This document shows, in pieces, positions 55,720 to 64,000 of a stretch of DNA of 64,000 nucleotides. This DNA is from a plasmid. The stretch is taken from sequence record OW967251.1. One strand, written 5' to 3'. The translations under genes and the position numbers were made by a program. The notes beneath the pieces were generated by a model. That model had not been told where the DNA came from. It was given only the letters and a program-made list of their open reading frames with translations, and did no database searches. Positions within the stretch are counted from its first letter, which is position 1; every line of letters begins with the position of its first letter.

Positions 55720-57590
55720 TTCTGATGTCACTTTTAACCCATTTAGTGATGTCACTTTTTCTGGCATAAAGGATCCAATCCTCAGGCCATGGAGACATCA
55801 GGATGCTTGTGACCATGTCAGATAAAGAACTCAGTCGGATCAACATCATTCAGTCAGTTGTTGAAAAGCGCATGCGCCGTCGCGACGCTGCTCATCAGCT
55901 TGCTTTGACCGAACGTCAGACACAGCGTTTGATGAACCGCTTTCGTGAATCTGGTGCTGCAGGTCTGGCAAACCTTCGACGAGGACGCCCCGGTAATCAC
56001 AGACTTCCTGAGTCACTGAAGCTGCGTGTACTTTCTTTACTTCACGATCATTACAGCGACTTTGGACCAACGCTGGCCGCAGAAAAATTGCGCGAACGCC
56101 ATAACATCACGGTGTCTGTTGAAACACTGAGAAAATGGATGACGGCTGATGGACTCTGGGTCCCATACTCACGTCGCAGGCCACGTGTTCATCAACCCAG
56201 ATACCGGCGTGACTGCCTTGGAGAACTTGTTCAGATCGATGGTTCCCCGCATGACTGGTTTGAAGGACGTGCCCCCAAATGCTGCCTGCTCGTCTTCATT
56301 GATGATGCTACTGGGCGCCTGATGCACCTCCGTTTCGGCGAGACTGAATCAGCCTTTGATTACATGATGGCCACCCGCGCGTATCTTGAACAGCATGGCA
56401 AACCACTGGCGTTCTACAGCGATAAGCACGGCATTTTCAGGGTCAATAATGGTGGCACTACCACAACTGGAATCACTCAGTTCGGCCGGGTGCTTTCCGA
56501 ACTGGGGATCGAGTTGATATGCGCCAACAGCCCGCAAGCTAAAGGTCGCGTTGAGCGCGCAAACCAGACTCTTCAGGATCGACTTATCAAAGAAATGCGG
56601 CTTGAAGGCATCAGCAGCATCGAGGATGCCAATGCCTGGCTGGATTCCTTCATTATTGACTTCAATCGTCGTTTTGCCAGACCAGCAAAATATCCCAAAG
56701 ACCTGCATCGACCGGTGCTTGAAAGCTCTGAAGATCTGGATGATATCTTTGCTTGGCAGGAATCACGAAAACTCTCGAAAACACTGACTTTCCGTTACGA
56801 TAAGATGATATATCTCGTTGAACCTACGGAAGAAAATACCAGAATTGCAGGTGAAAAAATCACAGTTTACGACTACCCAAATGGTACGCTGGCGTTTAAA
56901 TATGGCTACCGATCACTCAATTATCAGGTCTTCGATAAACTGGAATGCATCGACCAGGGGCAAATCGTTGATAACAAACGGCTCGGTGCTGTACTGAAAC
57001 TGGCTCAGGACAAGATGGATGAATTGGATCGAGAGGGAAAGCGAGATAGGAGTAAAAAAATGCCCAAACGACGTGCACAAGCCCGGGTTCAGGAGCAACT
57101 CAGAGCCATCAACCCCGTACTGGCTAATCCTGAAGAGTTCCGAGCCAGTCTGAAACGCTAGCCCCCTGCTCTGTTCTGTTTTTTTACCTTTAGCAGTGTG
57201 ATGGAGTGCAAGCTTCTGAAAACACGTCAGTTGGTTTTATAACCATGAACCCTCATTTCATATTTGGCATTACTGCCACAGTTCGTAAATATGAATCTGT
57301 TTGTCACTCAAGGAGATTTTTATGGGTATTAAACCTGGCCCAAAGCCGATTGCTGAATCAACTGGCAAAGAAGATAAAAGAAGGCGTGTCACTCCGGAAA
57401 ACAAGCCAAAGCATCCCGGACTGAAGGAACACGACCATAAAAAAGGGGAATAACAGCTTATTGGTATAGCCTCTCATCACAGGCATGGACGTCATTCATG
57501 CCTGCTTTCCTCTGACATAAACCAACTTCTCTCTCTTCACATCTCTTAAGGTGACATTTCTAACTGGCTGAATTTGGTGACATTTTAAGC
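55720..57590 (+). mobile_element. Insertion sequence (ISNCY IS1202-group / IS481-like), about 1.87 kb
   Basis: Paired terminal and subterminal repeats: TGATGTCAC at 55723 and 55747, GTGACAT at 57551 and 57577 (inverted). They flank the 452-aa DDE transposase. Confidence 0.6.
55803..57161 (+). CDS. DDE transposase (N-terminal HTH plus integrase core)
   Basis: 452 aa; ...VQIDGSPHDWFEGRAPKCCLLVFIDDATGR...YSDKHGIF...NSPQAKGRVERANQTLQDRL. Confidence 0.75.
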   Translation: MLVTMSDKELSRINIIQSVVEKRMRRRDAAHQLALTERQTQRLMNRFRESGAAGLANLRRGRPGNHRLPESLKLRVLSLLHDHYSDFGPTLAAEKLRERHNITVSVETLRKWMTADGLWVPYSRRRPRVHQPRYRRDCLGELVQIDGSPHDWFEGRAPKCCLLVFIDDATGRLMHLRFGETESAFDYMMATRAYLEQHGKPLAFYSDKHGIFRVNNGGTTTTGITQFGRVLSELGIELICANSPQAKGRVERANQTLQDRLIKEMRLEGISSIEDANAWLDSFIIDFNRRFARPAKYPKDLHRPVLESSEDLDDIFAWQESRKLSKTLTFRYDKMIYLVEPTEENTRIAGEKITVYDYPNGTLAFKYGYRSLNYQVFDKLECIDQGQIVDNKRLGAVLKLAQDKMDELDREGKRDRSKKMPKRRAQARVQEQLRAINPVLANPEEFRASLKR

Positions 57591-57599
57591 TTGCAATAA

Positions 57600-58860
57600 C
57601 ATGTATTGTAGGGGCTCAATGCTAATGTCTATTAGGGGGCTGCGGATGTTTTCCTGGACTGTTATGTTGTGATCCCAAGATGCTGCCGGTACTTCACAGG
57701 ACTCATTGCACCTAATGATAGCTTGATACGTTTCTCGTTATACCAGCGTATGTACCTGTCCAGGAAGCAGATAAATTTTTCCAGCGTGATACCCGCCCAG
57801 TCTCTGCCATAGAACATTTCGTTTTTGATACGCCCGAAGAAGCCTTCACACGCAGCATTATCCGACGAGCATCCTTTGCGCGACATGGACCTTATAAGTC
57901 CGGAGGTGTTGATACGCTCGAGCCAGCCCGGCCACCGGTAATGGCCACCACGATCGCTGTGTATCACTGGTTTATCATGTTCGTTGAGCGTATCGAGTGC
58001 GTCATCGAGCATCGTATTCACCAGCGTCGCGTCCGGGCGTGTTCCTATCGACCAGCTTACAACCAGGCCATCAAAGCAGTCGATAACCGGCGACAGATAG
58101 ACTTTTCCAGCCGGAAGCTGGAACTCCGTAATATCGGTCAGCCACTTCTCATTTGGCCTGCAGGAACTAAAATCCCGGGCGAGTAAATTTTCCGGTGCCG
58201 GGCCGATTTCGCCACAGTAAGAGTTGTATCGTCGTCGCCTGGTGCGCTTAACAACGAGCTGCTCTTCTGCCATCAGTCTGCGGACAACCTTTTCAGAAAT
58301 AACCCTGTTGTTACCGCGAAGCATCGCGTGAAGGCGCCGATAGTCGTAACAGCGGTAATTCTCCTCAAAGATATCGGCCATGATCACGCGTATTTCCGCA
58401 TACTTATCGTACAGACGTTTTGGTAAAAATAACAGCTGCGGGCAAGTTGCAGAACGCTTAGCAACTCAGCAACGGGGTACTTTTTCTTAAGGGCATCAAC
58501 TATCAGGGTTTTCTCCCTGTTTTTCAGTTTCAGAAAGCTGACGCCCAGATCTTTTTTTATCAGTTCATTCGCCTTTGTCAGTATGTCACGTTCGAGCTGC
58601 AGCTGATGAACCTGCTTCCTGAGACGCTGGATTTCACCGAGTAAAGCATCCTGATTTTTATCCTGAGGGGCTGACTTTCGTTTGCGCATGGATTGATAAG
58701 CCTCGTCACTGATAAGGTCTTTCTTCCATTTGTACAGGACCGGGACGCTGACGCCTATGCTTTGTGCAACTTTACGCGCGGTTCCACGTCGGTTACAGAG
58801 CTCCCGGACGGCCTGAGACCTCTCTTCCGGGCTGAAGCATTTGTTTCGTGGGGACTGAAC
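57600..58860 (-). mobile_element. IS3-family element, left end apparently truncated or abutting GC-rich DNA; boundaries approximate
   Basis: orfA and orfB with overlap. The orfA reading frame runs on into GC-rich flanking DNA, so the IRL is not identifiable. Confidence 0.55.
57662..58387 (-). CDS. IS3-family OrfB (DDE integrase)
   Basis: 241 aa; ...WLTDITEF...SDRGGHYRW... DDE core. Confidence 0.7.
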   Translation of the reverse strand: MIMADIFEENYRCYDYRRLHAMLRGNNRVISEKVVRRLMAEEQLVVKRTRRRRYNSYCGEIGPAPENLLARDFSSCRPNEKWLTDITEFQLPAGKVYLSPVIDCFDGLVVSWSIGTRPDATLVNTMLDDALDTLNEHDKPVIHSDRGGHYRWPGWLERINTSGLIRSMSRKGCSSDNAACEGFFGRIKNEMFYGRDWAGITLEKFICFLDRYIRWYNEKRIKLSLGAMSPVKYRQHLGITT

Positions 58861-58890
58861 CAGGCTTCGATGGCGGGCAGGAACTGCCAC
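58384..58890 (-). CDS. IS3-family OrfA (HTH); N-terminal extension probably not native
   Basis: ...FSPEERSQAVRELCNRRGTARKVAQSIGVSVPVLYKWKKDL...leucine zipper. Confidence 0.65.
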   Translation of the reverse strand: MAVPARHRSLVQSPRNKCFSPEERSQAVRELCNRRGTARKVAQSIGVSVPVLYKWKKDLISDEAYQSMRKRKSAPQDKNQDALLGEIQRLRKQVHQLQLERDILTKANELIKKDLGVSFLKLKNREKTLIVDALKKKYPVAELLSVLQLARSCYFYQNVCTISMRKYA

Positions 58891-59003
58891 AGCAGCATGA
58901 GTGCGGCGATGCAGCCAGTGATGACGAGCCAGCGCCGGATGAATCGATCCGGCTCCGGGCGGCTGTAGGGGTCGGGTAGGTCACGTCATTCTCCATGTTG
59001 AAA

Positions 59004-59966
59004 TCAGCGCCAAAGGCCGCCAGTGCGCCAGCGTGGCGGACGTGGTGATACGGTCACTTCGGGGTCGAAACGGGCCGATGGAAACGGCGGCATCGCGGGC
59101 GGCGGAGCTAGTTCTAGCAAGCGCTCAATGCGTTCAGCCGTCGCTGGATGCGTGCGCAACCAGGAGGGTTCCGGATTGCCCCATCCGGGCAGCAGCCAGG
59201 CGCGCCAGGAGCGGCTCACCCGCTCGATCTTGGCGAGCGCTGAGGCCAGCCCGTGCGGGTCGCCGGTCAATTCGGCAGCGAGCCGGTCGGCGTCGAATTC
59301 GCGCACCCTGGACAAGCCCAACTGAGCCAGCAAGGCCAGCTGTGGCGCGACCGCAAGTAGAAGCAACGCGGGCCAATTGACTTCCGTGACTCCAAGCAAT
59401 AGCGTTGGCAAACTGAGCACGATCGCAAGCTGCCCCAACAAGGCCAGAAGATGGGTGAGCCGGCTGATGGAATCGGCCAAGCCCATGACACGCAAATCCT
59501 CGTTCGCAATATGCGCGATTTCGTGGCCGAGCACGCCGGTCAACTCGCGGGGCGTGAGGCTACGCAGCAGGCCGTCGGTCAGCGCGATGGCCGCGTGATG
59601 CTTCGAACCGGTGGCGAAGGCGTTGACGACCCCGCTGGGCACGTAGTGCGGTACCGGCACGGTAGGCAGCCCGGCCCGCGCCGCCAGTTCGCGCAACACA
59701 GCCCAAAGATCGGGCGCTTCATCCGGGTGCAGGGGGCGTGCGCCATACAGCCGCAAGGTCAGCCCGGAGGCGGCCGCCGGTTCAAGCAGCAGGGTGAACC
59801 CCGCAGCCGCAAGCGCCAGCCAAAGCCCGCCGTCACCCAACAGCAGGCTGCCAGCGACGGCGGCAATTCCGAGCAGGGTCAGCACCAACAGCACGGTTTG
59901 CAGGCGATTGTGCCAGCGATGCCGCGCGCCGACATTCTGCGCGTGGCGCAGATCACGACTGATCAT
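59004..59966 (-). CDS. M48-family Zn metalloprotease (HtpX-like) of the heat-resistance locus
   Basis: HEIAHIANED zinc motif. Start chosen at MISRDL (59966), 8 bp after the psiE stop; the ORF track extends it to 60047. Confidence 0.7.
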   Translation of the reverse strand: MISRDLRHAQNVGARHRWHNRLQTVLLVLTLLGIAAVAGSLLLGDGGLWLALAAAGFTLLLEPAAASGLTLRLYGARPLHPDEAPDLWAVLRELAARAGLPTVPVPHYVPSGVVNAFATGSKHHAAIALTDGLLRSLTPRELTGVLGHEIAHIANEDLRVMGLADSISRLTHLLALLGQLAIVLSLPTLLLGVTEVNWPALLLLAVAPQLALLAQLGLSRVREFDADRLAAELTGDPHGLASALAKIERVSRSWRAWLLPGWGNPEPSWLRTHPATAERIERLLELAPPPAMPPFPSARFDPEVTVSPRPPRWRTGGLWR

Positions 59967-60441
59967 CTGAGCTTTCCCCGGCTGTCCGGTCATCGCGCTC
60001 GCGCAGCAGCCAGTAAGTCGCCCCGAGGGCCAGTGTCGCGCCTGCAAGCGCCGCGACCTTGGCGGGGCCGGTCTCCGGGTCGAGGATCACGAATTTACGC
60101 GCCAGGGCGATCAGCCCGATCAGGATCACCGTCTTGACCTGGATGATGCTGTCGCGCCGCAAGGCCACCCTCACGATGGAATGCTTGAACTCCATGGCAA
60201 TGAGCAGCGTCATGATCATGCCGAACACGGTCTGGAAGACCTTGTGATCGAGCGGATTGAATGCATCAATGATCAGCAGGCTGAAGACGATCGAGATCAG
60301 CTGCAGCAGCGAGACCACGATGATAACGGCAATGATTGCGGACAGCGCGAGCGCGATCACCTGTTCAAAGCGCTCGTAGAACGTCATCACTGCCCATTGG
60401 GCGCGAAATGTTTTGATCGGGTCTGCTTGCTTTTCCTTCAT
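59953..60441 (-). CDS. psiE: PsiE-family membrane protein
   Basis: 163 aa from MKEKQADPIKTFRAQWAVMTFYERFEQVIALALSAIIAVIIVVSLL... with four TMs. Confidence 0.65.
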   Translation of the reverse strand: MKEKQADPIKTFRAQWAVMTFYERFEQVIALALSAIIAVIIVVSLLQLISIVFSLLIIDAFNPLDHKVFQTVFGMIMTLLIAMEFKHSIVRVALRRDSIIQVKTVILIGLIALARKFVILDPETGPAKVAALAGATLALGATYWLLRERDDRTAGESSDDQS

Positions 60442-61136
60442 CGCCACTCCTCTCAATTCTGAAATACTTGTGCGCCCACAACTTGGTTGCACCCTTGTCT
60501 TTTTTGCCTGGTAGAGCGCGCTGTCCGCCTGCAGCATCACCTGCTCGACAGAGTGCAAACGGGGGTCAAGGAGAGCCCCCCCCATGCTGGCGCTATAGCT
60601 GATCGACACCTCTCCACACACCACCGCTGTCGCCGCAGTGTCCTGACGAAATCGCTCCGCCCATACTTGGGCGCCTTCTATCGATGCCGCTTCCAACAAC
60701 ACAGCGAATTCCTCCCCCCAATCCGGGCAGCCATGTCGGTTGCGCGAACATGTTCCCTCAACCGTGAAGCAAAGGGGTCGGTGATCACCATACGCAGCAA
60801 CTGCTGCTCTATTTCCTTGCGAGAAGAGATGTCGAACAGAGTACCGACTATCAGTTGCCTGCCCGCGTCACCCAGCCATGGGCCTTGTTCCTCGAAAGTC
60901 GAGTTGCCAGAGGATCAGGTGAACAGATGGGCCGCGCCGTCACGCGAACGGATGGCCAGCGAGCGGGAGGGCAGTGCCGCCGCTGATGAGCAGTCCCCAC
61001 GGCGTGGCCGACTGCTCATCACGCTTGTAGACGCCCGCGTGACCTGCGGCCACGACCGCCACCGCGATCGAGGCCAGGGAGGCTGCCCATGCCAGTGCCA
61101 GGCCGATGGGGTCGGACACGGCAGCCTCGCCCGCCA
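60442..61136 (-). pseudogene. Decayed GGDEF-domain (diguanylate cyclase) gene remnant between clpK and psiE
   Basis: Minus-strand ...RLREHVRATDMAARIGG then, after a 1-nt shift at a C6/G6 run (60714-60719), EEFAVLLEAASIEGAQVWAERFRQ...LYQAKKTRV. The region between the conserved blocks is far too short for an intact domain. Confidence 0.45.
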
Positions 61137-63932
61137 TCAAGATGCGTCGCTCGCCTTCGCGGCATCCGGCTGCTCCGGCTCGGCCGGGGTCTGCGGTGGC
61201 TCTTTGCGTTCGAACACCACGCGTTCGGCCTTGTCGTCCCAGCGTGCGCTGGCGTGATCGCCCTTGCCGATGCCGCCGCCGAGCATCTCGCGCGCCAGCG
61301 CAGTTTCCAGCTCGCTGCGGATCAGGCGCTTGAGTTCACGCGCACCGAACTCGGGCTTGTAGCCTTCTTCCGCGAAATGGTCGATCAGCGTCTGATCGAA
61401 AGTGAGCGTCACGCCCTGGCTGGCGGCGCTGCGCGCCACGCGATCGAGCTGCAGGCCGACGATGTGGCGGATCTCCTCCTTGCCCAGCGCATGGAAGACG
61501 ATGATCTCGTCGATGCGGTTGAGGAACTCGGGCCGGAAATGGCCGCGCAGCACGTCCATGACTCCGGCCTTGGTCTTTTCGTACTCCTCGCCGGCCGCCC
61601 CGCGCGCCTTCAGCCGTCGCTGGATGATGTCCGAACCCAGGTTGGACGTGGCGATGATGATGGTGTTGGTGAAATCCACCACCCGGCCCTTGCCGTCGGT
61701 GAGGCGACCGTCGTCGAACACTTGCAGCAGGATGTTGTATACGTCAGGGTGTGCCTTCTCGATCTCGTCGAGCAGCAGCACGCTGTAGGGCTTGCGCCGC
61801 ACCTTCTCGGTGAGCTGACCGCCTTCGTCGTAACCGACATAGCCCGGAGGCGCGCCCACCAATCGCGCCACGGTATGGCGTTCGCCATATTCCGACATGT
61901 CGATGCGCAACAGGGCGTGCTCATCGCCGTAGATCGATTCGGCCAATGCCTTGGCGAGCTCGGTCTTGCCCACCCCGGTCGGGCCCAGAAACAGGAAGGT
62001 AGCCACCGGTTTGCTGCCTTCACGCAGGCCGGCGCGGGACAGCCGCACGGCATCGGCCACGGCACGGACCGCCTCGTCTTGTCCCACCAGGCGCTCGTGC
62101 AGCCGTTGTTCCAAGTGCAGCAGCTTTTCGCGCTCTTCCACCGTCAACTCGTTGACCGGGATGCCGGTCAGGCGCGAGACGATCTGCGCCACGTGTTCCG
62201 CCTTGACCTCGGCACTGCCGGAGGCCCGCTCCCGCTCCCAGTCCTCGACGAGCTTCTTGAGCTCGGCCTCCTTGGCTTCGATGCGCTTCCCGAGCTCGGC
62301 GGCCTGGTCGTACTGCTTGCGCGCGGCCACGTAATCCTGTTCACGCCGCAGCTGGTGCAGTTCGGACTCCAGCTCCTGCACGGCCACCGGCCGGGCCGTG
62401 GCCGACAGCTTCACGCGCGCGGCCGCCTGGTCGAGCAAGTCGATCGCCTTGTCCGGCAGGAAGCGCGCCGTGATGTAGCGGTCGGACAACTCGGCCGCCG
62501 CGATGATCGCGTCCTCGGAGATGCTGACCTTGTGGTGCGCCTCGAAGGTGTCGCGCAGGCCGCGCAGAATCATGATGGCCTGGGCCACCGTCGGCTCGGG
62601 TACCGTCACCGGCTGGAAGCGCCGCTCCAGTGCGGCATCCTTCTCGATGTATTTCTGGTACTCGTTCAGCGTCGTGGCGCCGATCAGGTTGAGTTCACCG
62701 CGCGCCATCATCGGTTTGAACACGTTGGCCACGTCCAGCCCGCCTTCGCCACCGCCCTGGCCGGCACCGACGATGGTGTGCACCTCGTCGATGAACAAAA
62801 TCAGCTCGCCCTGGTGCTCGGTCACCTCCTTCAGCACCTTCTGCACGCGCTCCTCGAACTCGCCGCGATATTTGGCGCCGGCCACCATGGCGTTGATGTT
62901 GAGTTCCACCAGGCGCTTGTCGCGCAAGGTCTCGGGCACTTCACCCGCCACCATGCGCTGCGCCAGCCCTTCGACGATGGCGGTCTTGCCCACACCCGGC
63001 TCGCCGATCAGCACCGGGTTGTTCTTCTTGCGCCGGGCCAGCACCTCGATGGTGGTTTCGATCTCCTGCGCGCGGCCGATCACCGGGTCGAGCTTGCCGT
63101 CGCGCGCCATCTTGGTCAGGTCGCGCGAGTACTTGTCGAGTTCTGGCGTGTTGGTCGGCGTCTCAGCGCGGCCATCCTCGGCGCCCTTGCCGACCACCTT
63201 GCTGACCTGTTGGCGCAGCGCCTGCGGCGTCAGGCCGTAGCGGCGCAGCAGGTTGGCGGCCAGCCCTTCGCCTTCCTCAGCCAGACCGATCAGGAAATGC
63301 TCTGGACCGACATAAGAATGGCCGAGTTCATTGGAGGCCACGAAGGCGCGGCTGAGCGCATCCTTCACGCGCGGCGACACGCCGATCTCGCCCTCGAAGG
63401 GCTTGTCCCCGCGCTTGGCCTCAGACTCGATCTGCCGCTTGAGGTCATCGACCTTGATCTTGAACTGACCCAGGATGGTCTTGACCACGTCGCTGTCGGC
63501 CAGCGCCAGCAGCAGATGTTCGGTATCCACCTCGGAGCGGCCAAATTCGGCAGCGTGTTTGGCGGCCTCCTGCAGCAAGGCTTCCGACTGTTCGCTGATG
63601 CGGCTGGCCAGCCCACTGCCGCGACGGCGCGGCGCACCCGAACCTGCGGCGGCGGGCTCGCCAAACGAGGCATCGACCACGTCATCGGTATCGGCGGCAA
63701 CTGGCGTCGCGTCGTCGCCGATGCGGAAGAAGTCACTGCCGAGGAAGTCCTCGAACAGGCCGCTGCGCGAGCCGAACAAGGCTTCCAGCGGCGAAACGGT
63801 GCGCTTTTGCTGGCGCACTAATTGCCGGTAATGGTCGTCGCACAACAGCATGGTGCTGTGACGACCGTTGAGATTGGCTTCCACCCGCACGGTGGCGGGT
63901 TGGCCGCAGACCTGGCATTGTTTTCTGGCCAT
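61137..63932 (-). CDS. clpK: Clp ATPase ClpK (ClpG), disaggregase of heat-resistance loci
   Basis: 931 aa from [17 protein letters not shown] (N-terminal zinc-finger domain). Two AAA+ modules ([18 protein letters not shown]). RBS AGGAGC. Confidence 0.9.
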   Translation of the reverse strand: MARKQCQVCGQPATVRVEANLNGRHSTMLLCDDHYRQLVRQQKRTVSPLEALFGSRSGLFEDFLGSDFFRIGDDATPVAADTDDVVDASFGEPAAAGSGAPRRRGSGLASRISEQSEALLQEAAKHAAEFGRSEVDTEHLLLALADSDVVKTILGQFKIKVDDLKRQIESEAKRGDKPFEGEIGVSPRVKDALSRAFVASNELGHSYVGPEHFLIGLAEEGEGLAANLLRRYGLTPQALRQQVSKVVGKGAEDGRAETPTNTPELDKYSRDLTKMARDGKLDPVIGRAQEIETTIEVLARRKKNNPVLIGEPGVGKTAIVEGLAQRMVAGEVPETLRDKRLVELNINAMVAGAKYRGEFEERVQKVLKEVTEHQGELILFIDEVHTIVGAGQGGGEGGLDVANVFKPMMARGELNLIGATTLNEYQKYIEKDAALERRFQPVTVPEPTVAQAIMILRGLRDTFEAHHKVSISEDAIIAAAELSDRYITARFLPDKAIDLLDQAAARVKLSATARPVAVQELESELHQLRREQDYVAARKQYDQAAELGKRIEAKEAELKKLVEDWERERASGSAEVKAEHVAQIVSRLTGIPVNELTVEEREKLLHLEQRLHERLVGQDEAVRAVADAVRLSRAGLREGSKPVATFLFLGPTGVGKTELAKALAESIYGDEHALLRIDMSEYGERHTVARLVGAPPGYVGYDEGGQLTEKVRRKPYSVLLLDEIEKAHPDVYNILLQVFDDGRLTDGKGRVVDFTNTIIIATSNLGSDIIQRRLKARGAAGEEYEKTKAGVMDVLRGHFRPEFLNRIDEIIVFHALGKEEIRHIVGLQLDRVARSAASQGVTLTFDQTLIDHFAEEGYKPEFGARELKRLIRSELETALAREMLGGGIGKGDHASARWDDKAERVVFERKEPPQTPAEPEQPDAAKASDAS

Positions 63933-63947
63933 GCTGATGCTCCTGAG

Positions 63948-63974
63948 AAGGTTGACAAGGTTGACAAGGTTGAG
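63948..63974. repeat. Three tandem 9-bp repeats (AAGGTTGAC x2, AAGGTTGAG) in the clpK 5' leader
   Basis: Read directly; on the clpK strand they are GTCAACCTT x3, ending 15 nt before the start codon. Confidence 0.6.
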
Positions 63975-64000
63975 GCGACGAGGCATCGCGAACCGCGACT

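Noticed and set aside
57322-57453. 43-aa ORF MGIKPGPKPIAESTGKEDKRRRVTPENKPKHPGLKEHDHKKGE, considered a standalone gene
   Set aside because: Very short and low-complexity; kept only as a note within the IS finding.
59953-60702. Single 249-aa ORF fusing the GGDEF C-terminal remnant to PsiE
   Set aside because: PsiE-family proteins are about 135-165 aa and an internal Met with membrane topology starts at 60441. The upstream part is a decayed GGDEF fragment read through in frame.
61089-63821. 910-aa plus-strand ORF and several other long ORFs (61402-61788, 61951-62334, 62503-63240, 63475-63831) in the GC-rich region
   Set aside because: They lie antisense or out of frame to clpK, whose AAA+ motifs are unambiguous. 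High GC content suppresses stop codons and creates spurious long ORFs.

Overview
This 64-kb window looks like an accessory-rich segment of an IncF-type (RepFIB-like) Enterobacteriaceae plasmid, most like a Klebsiella plasmid. All calls rest on reading the ORF translations and sequence motifs directly; no database search was run.

Contents in order:
- 1-2.5 kb: a repA gene (P1/RepFIB-type initiator) followed by iterons, and a tyrosine recombinase (ResD/Int-like).
- 3.6-8.9 kb: a plasmid c-di-GMP gene set: GAF-GGDEF cyclase, an EAL remnant truncated by a complete IS903 (1057 bp), and a CSS-motif EAL phosphodiesterase interrupted at a T8 run.
- 9.8-13.2 kb: a DUF2254 membrane protein and a BetT-like BCCT transporter.
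- 13.3-16.6 kb: an IS nest: complete IS1, an IS2-group IS3-family element, a partial IS1, and an ISL3 transposase remnant.
- 16.9-38.2 kb: the known copper-silver island, silE silRS silCFBA-(DUF411)-silP, an M23 peptidase, pcoE-like, pcoABCDRS and pcoE. Cop-box palindromes sit at the expected promoters.
- 38.6-50.5 kb: an ISL3 element that has removed the 5' end of an aquaglyceroporin-like gene, then two arsenic clusters. The canonical arsRDABC operon is on the minus strand. A convergent accessory cluster on the plus strand runs arsR(type-2)-arsH-ECF sigma factor-divergent arsD-arsA (frameshifted), flanked by two PAT-family GNAT acetyltransferases (ArsN1-like).
- 50.7-52.6 kb: a GC-rich three-gene operon of unknown function preceded by four 36-37-bp-phased direct repeats with TGATATGAT cores, and a membrane protein.
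- 52.7-55.6 kb: an hha-family gene split by IS5 with a CTAA target duplication, two small unknown proteins, and a TacA/TacT-like toxin-antitoxin pair.
- 55.7-64.0 kb: two further IS (an ISNCY/IS481-like element and an IS3-family element), then a GC-rich partial heat-resistance locus: M48/HtpX-like protease, PsiE, a decayed GGDEF gene, and clpK (clpG).

The most interesting part is the accessory ars cluster with an ECF sigma factor carrying a C-terminal Cys tail and no adjacent anti-sigma gene. Several apparent frameshifts all fall on homopolymer runs and may be assembly artefacts.
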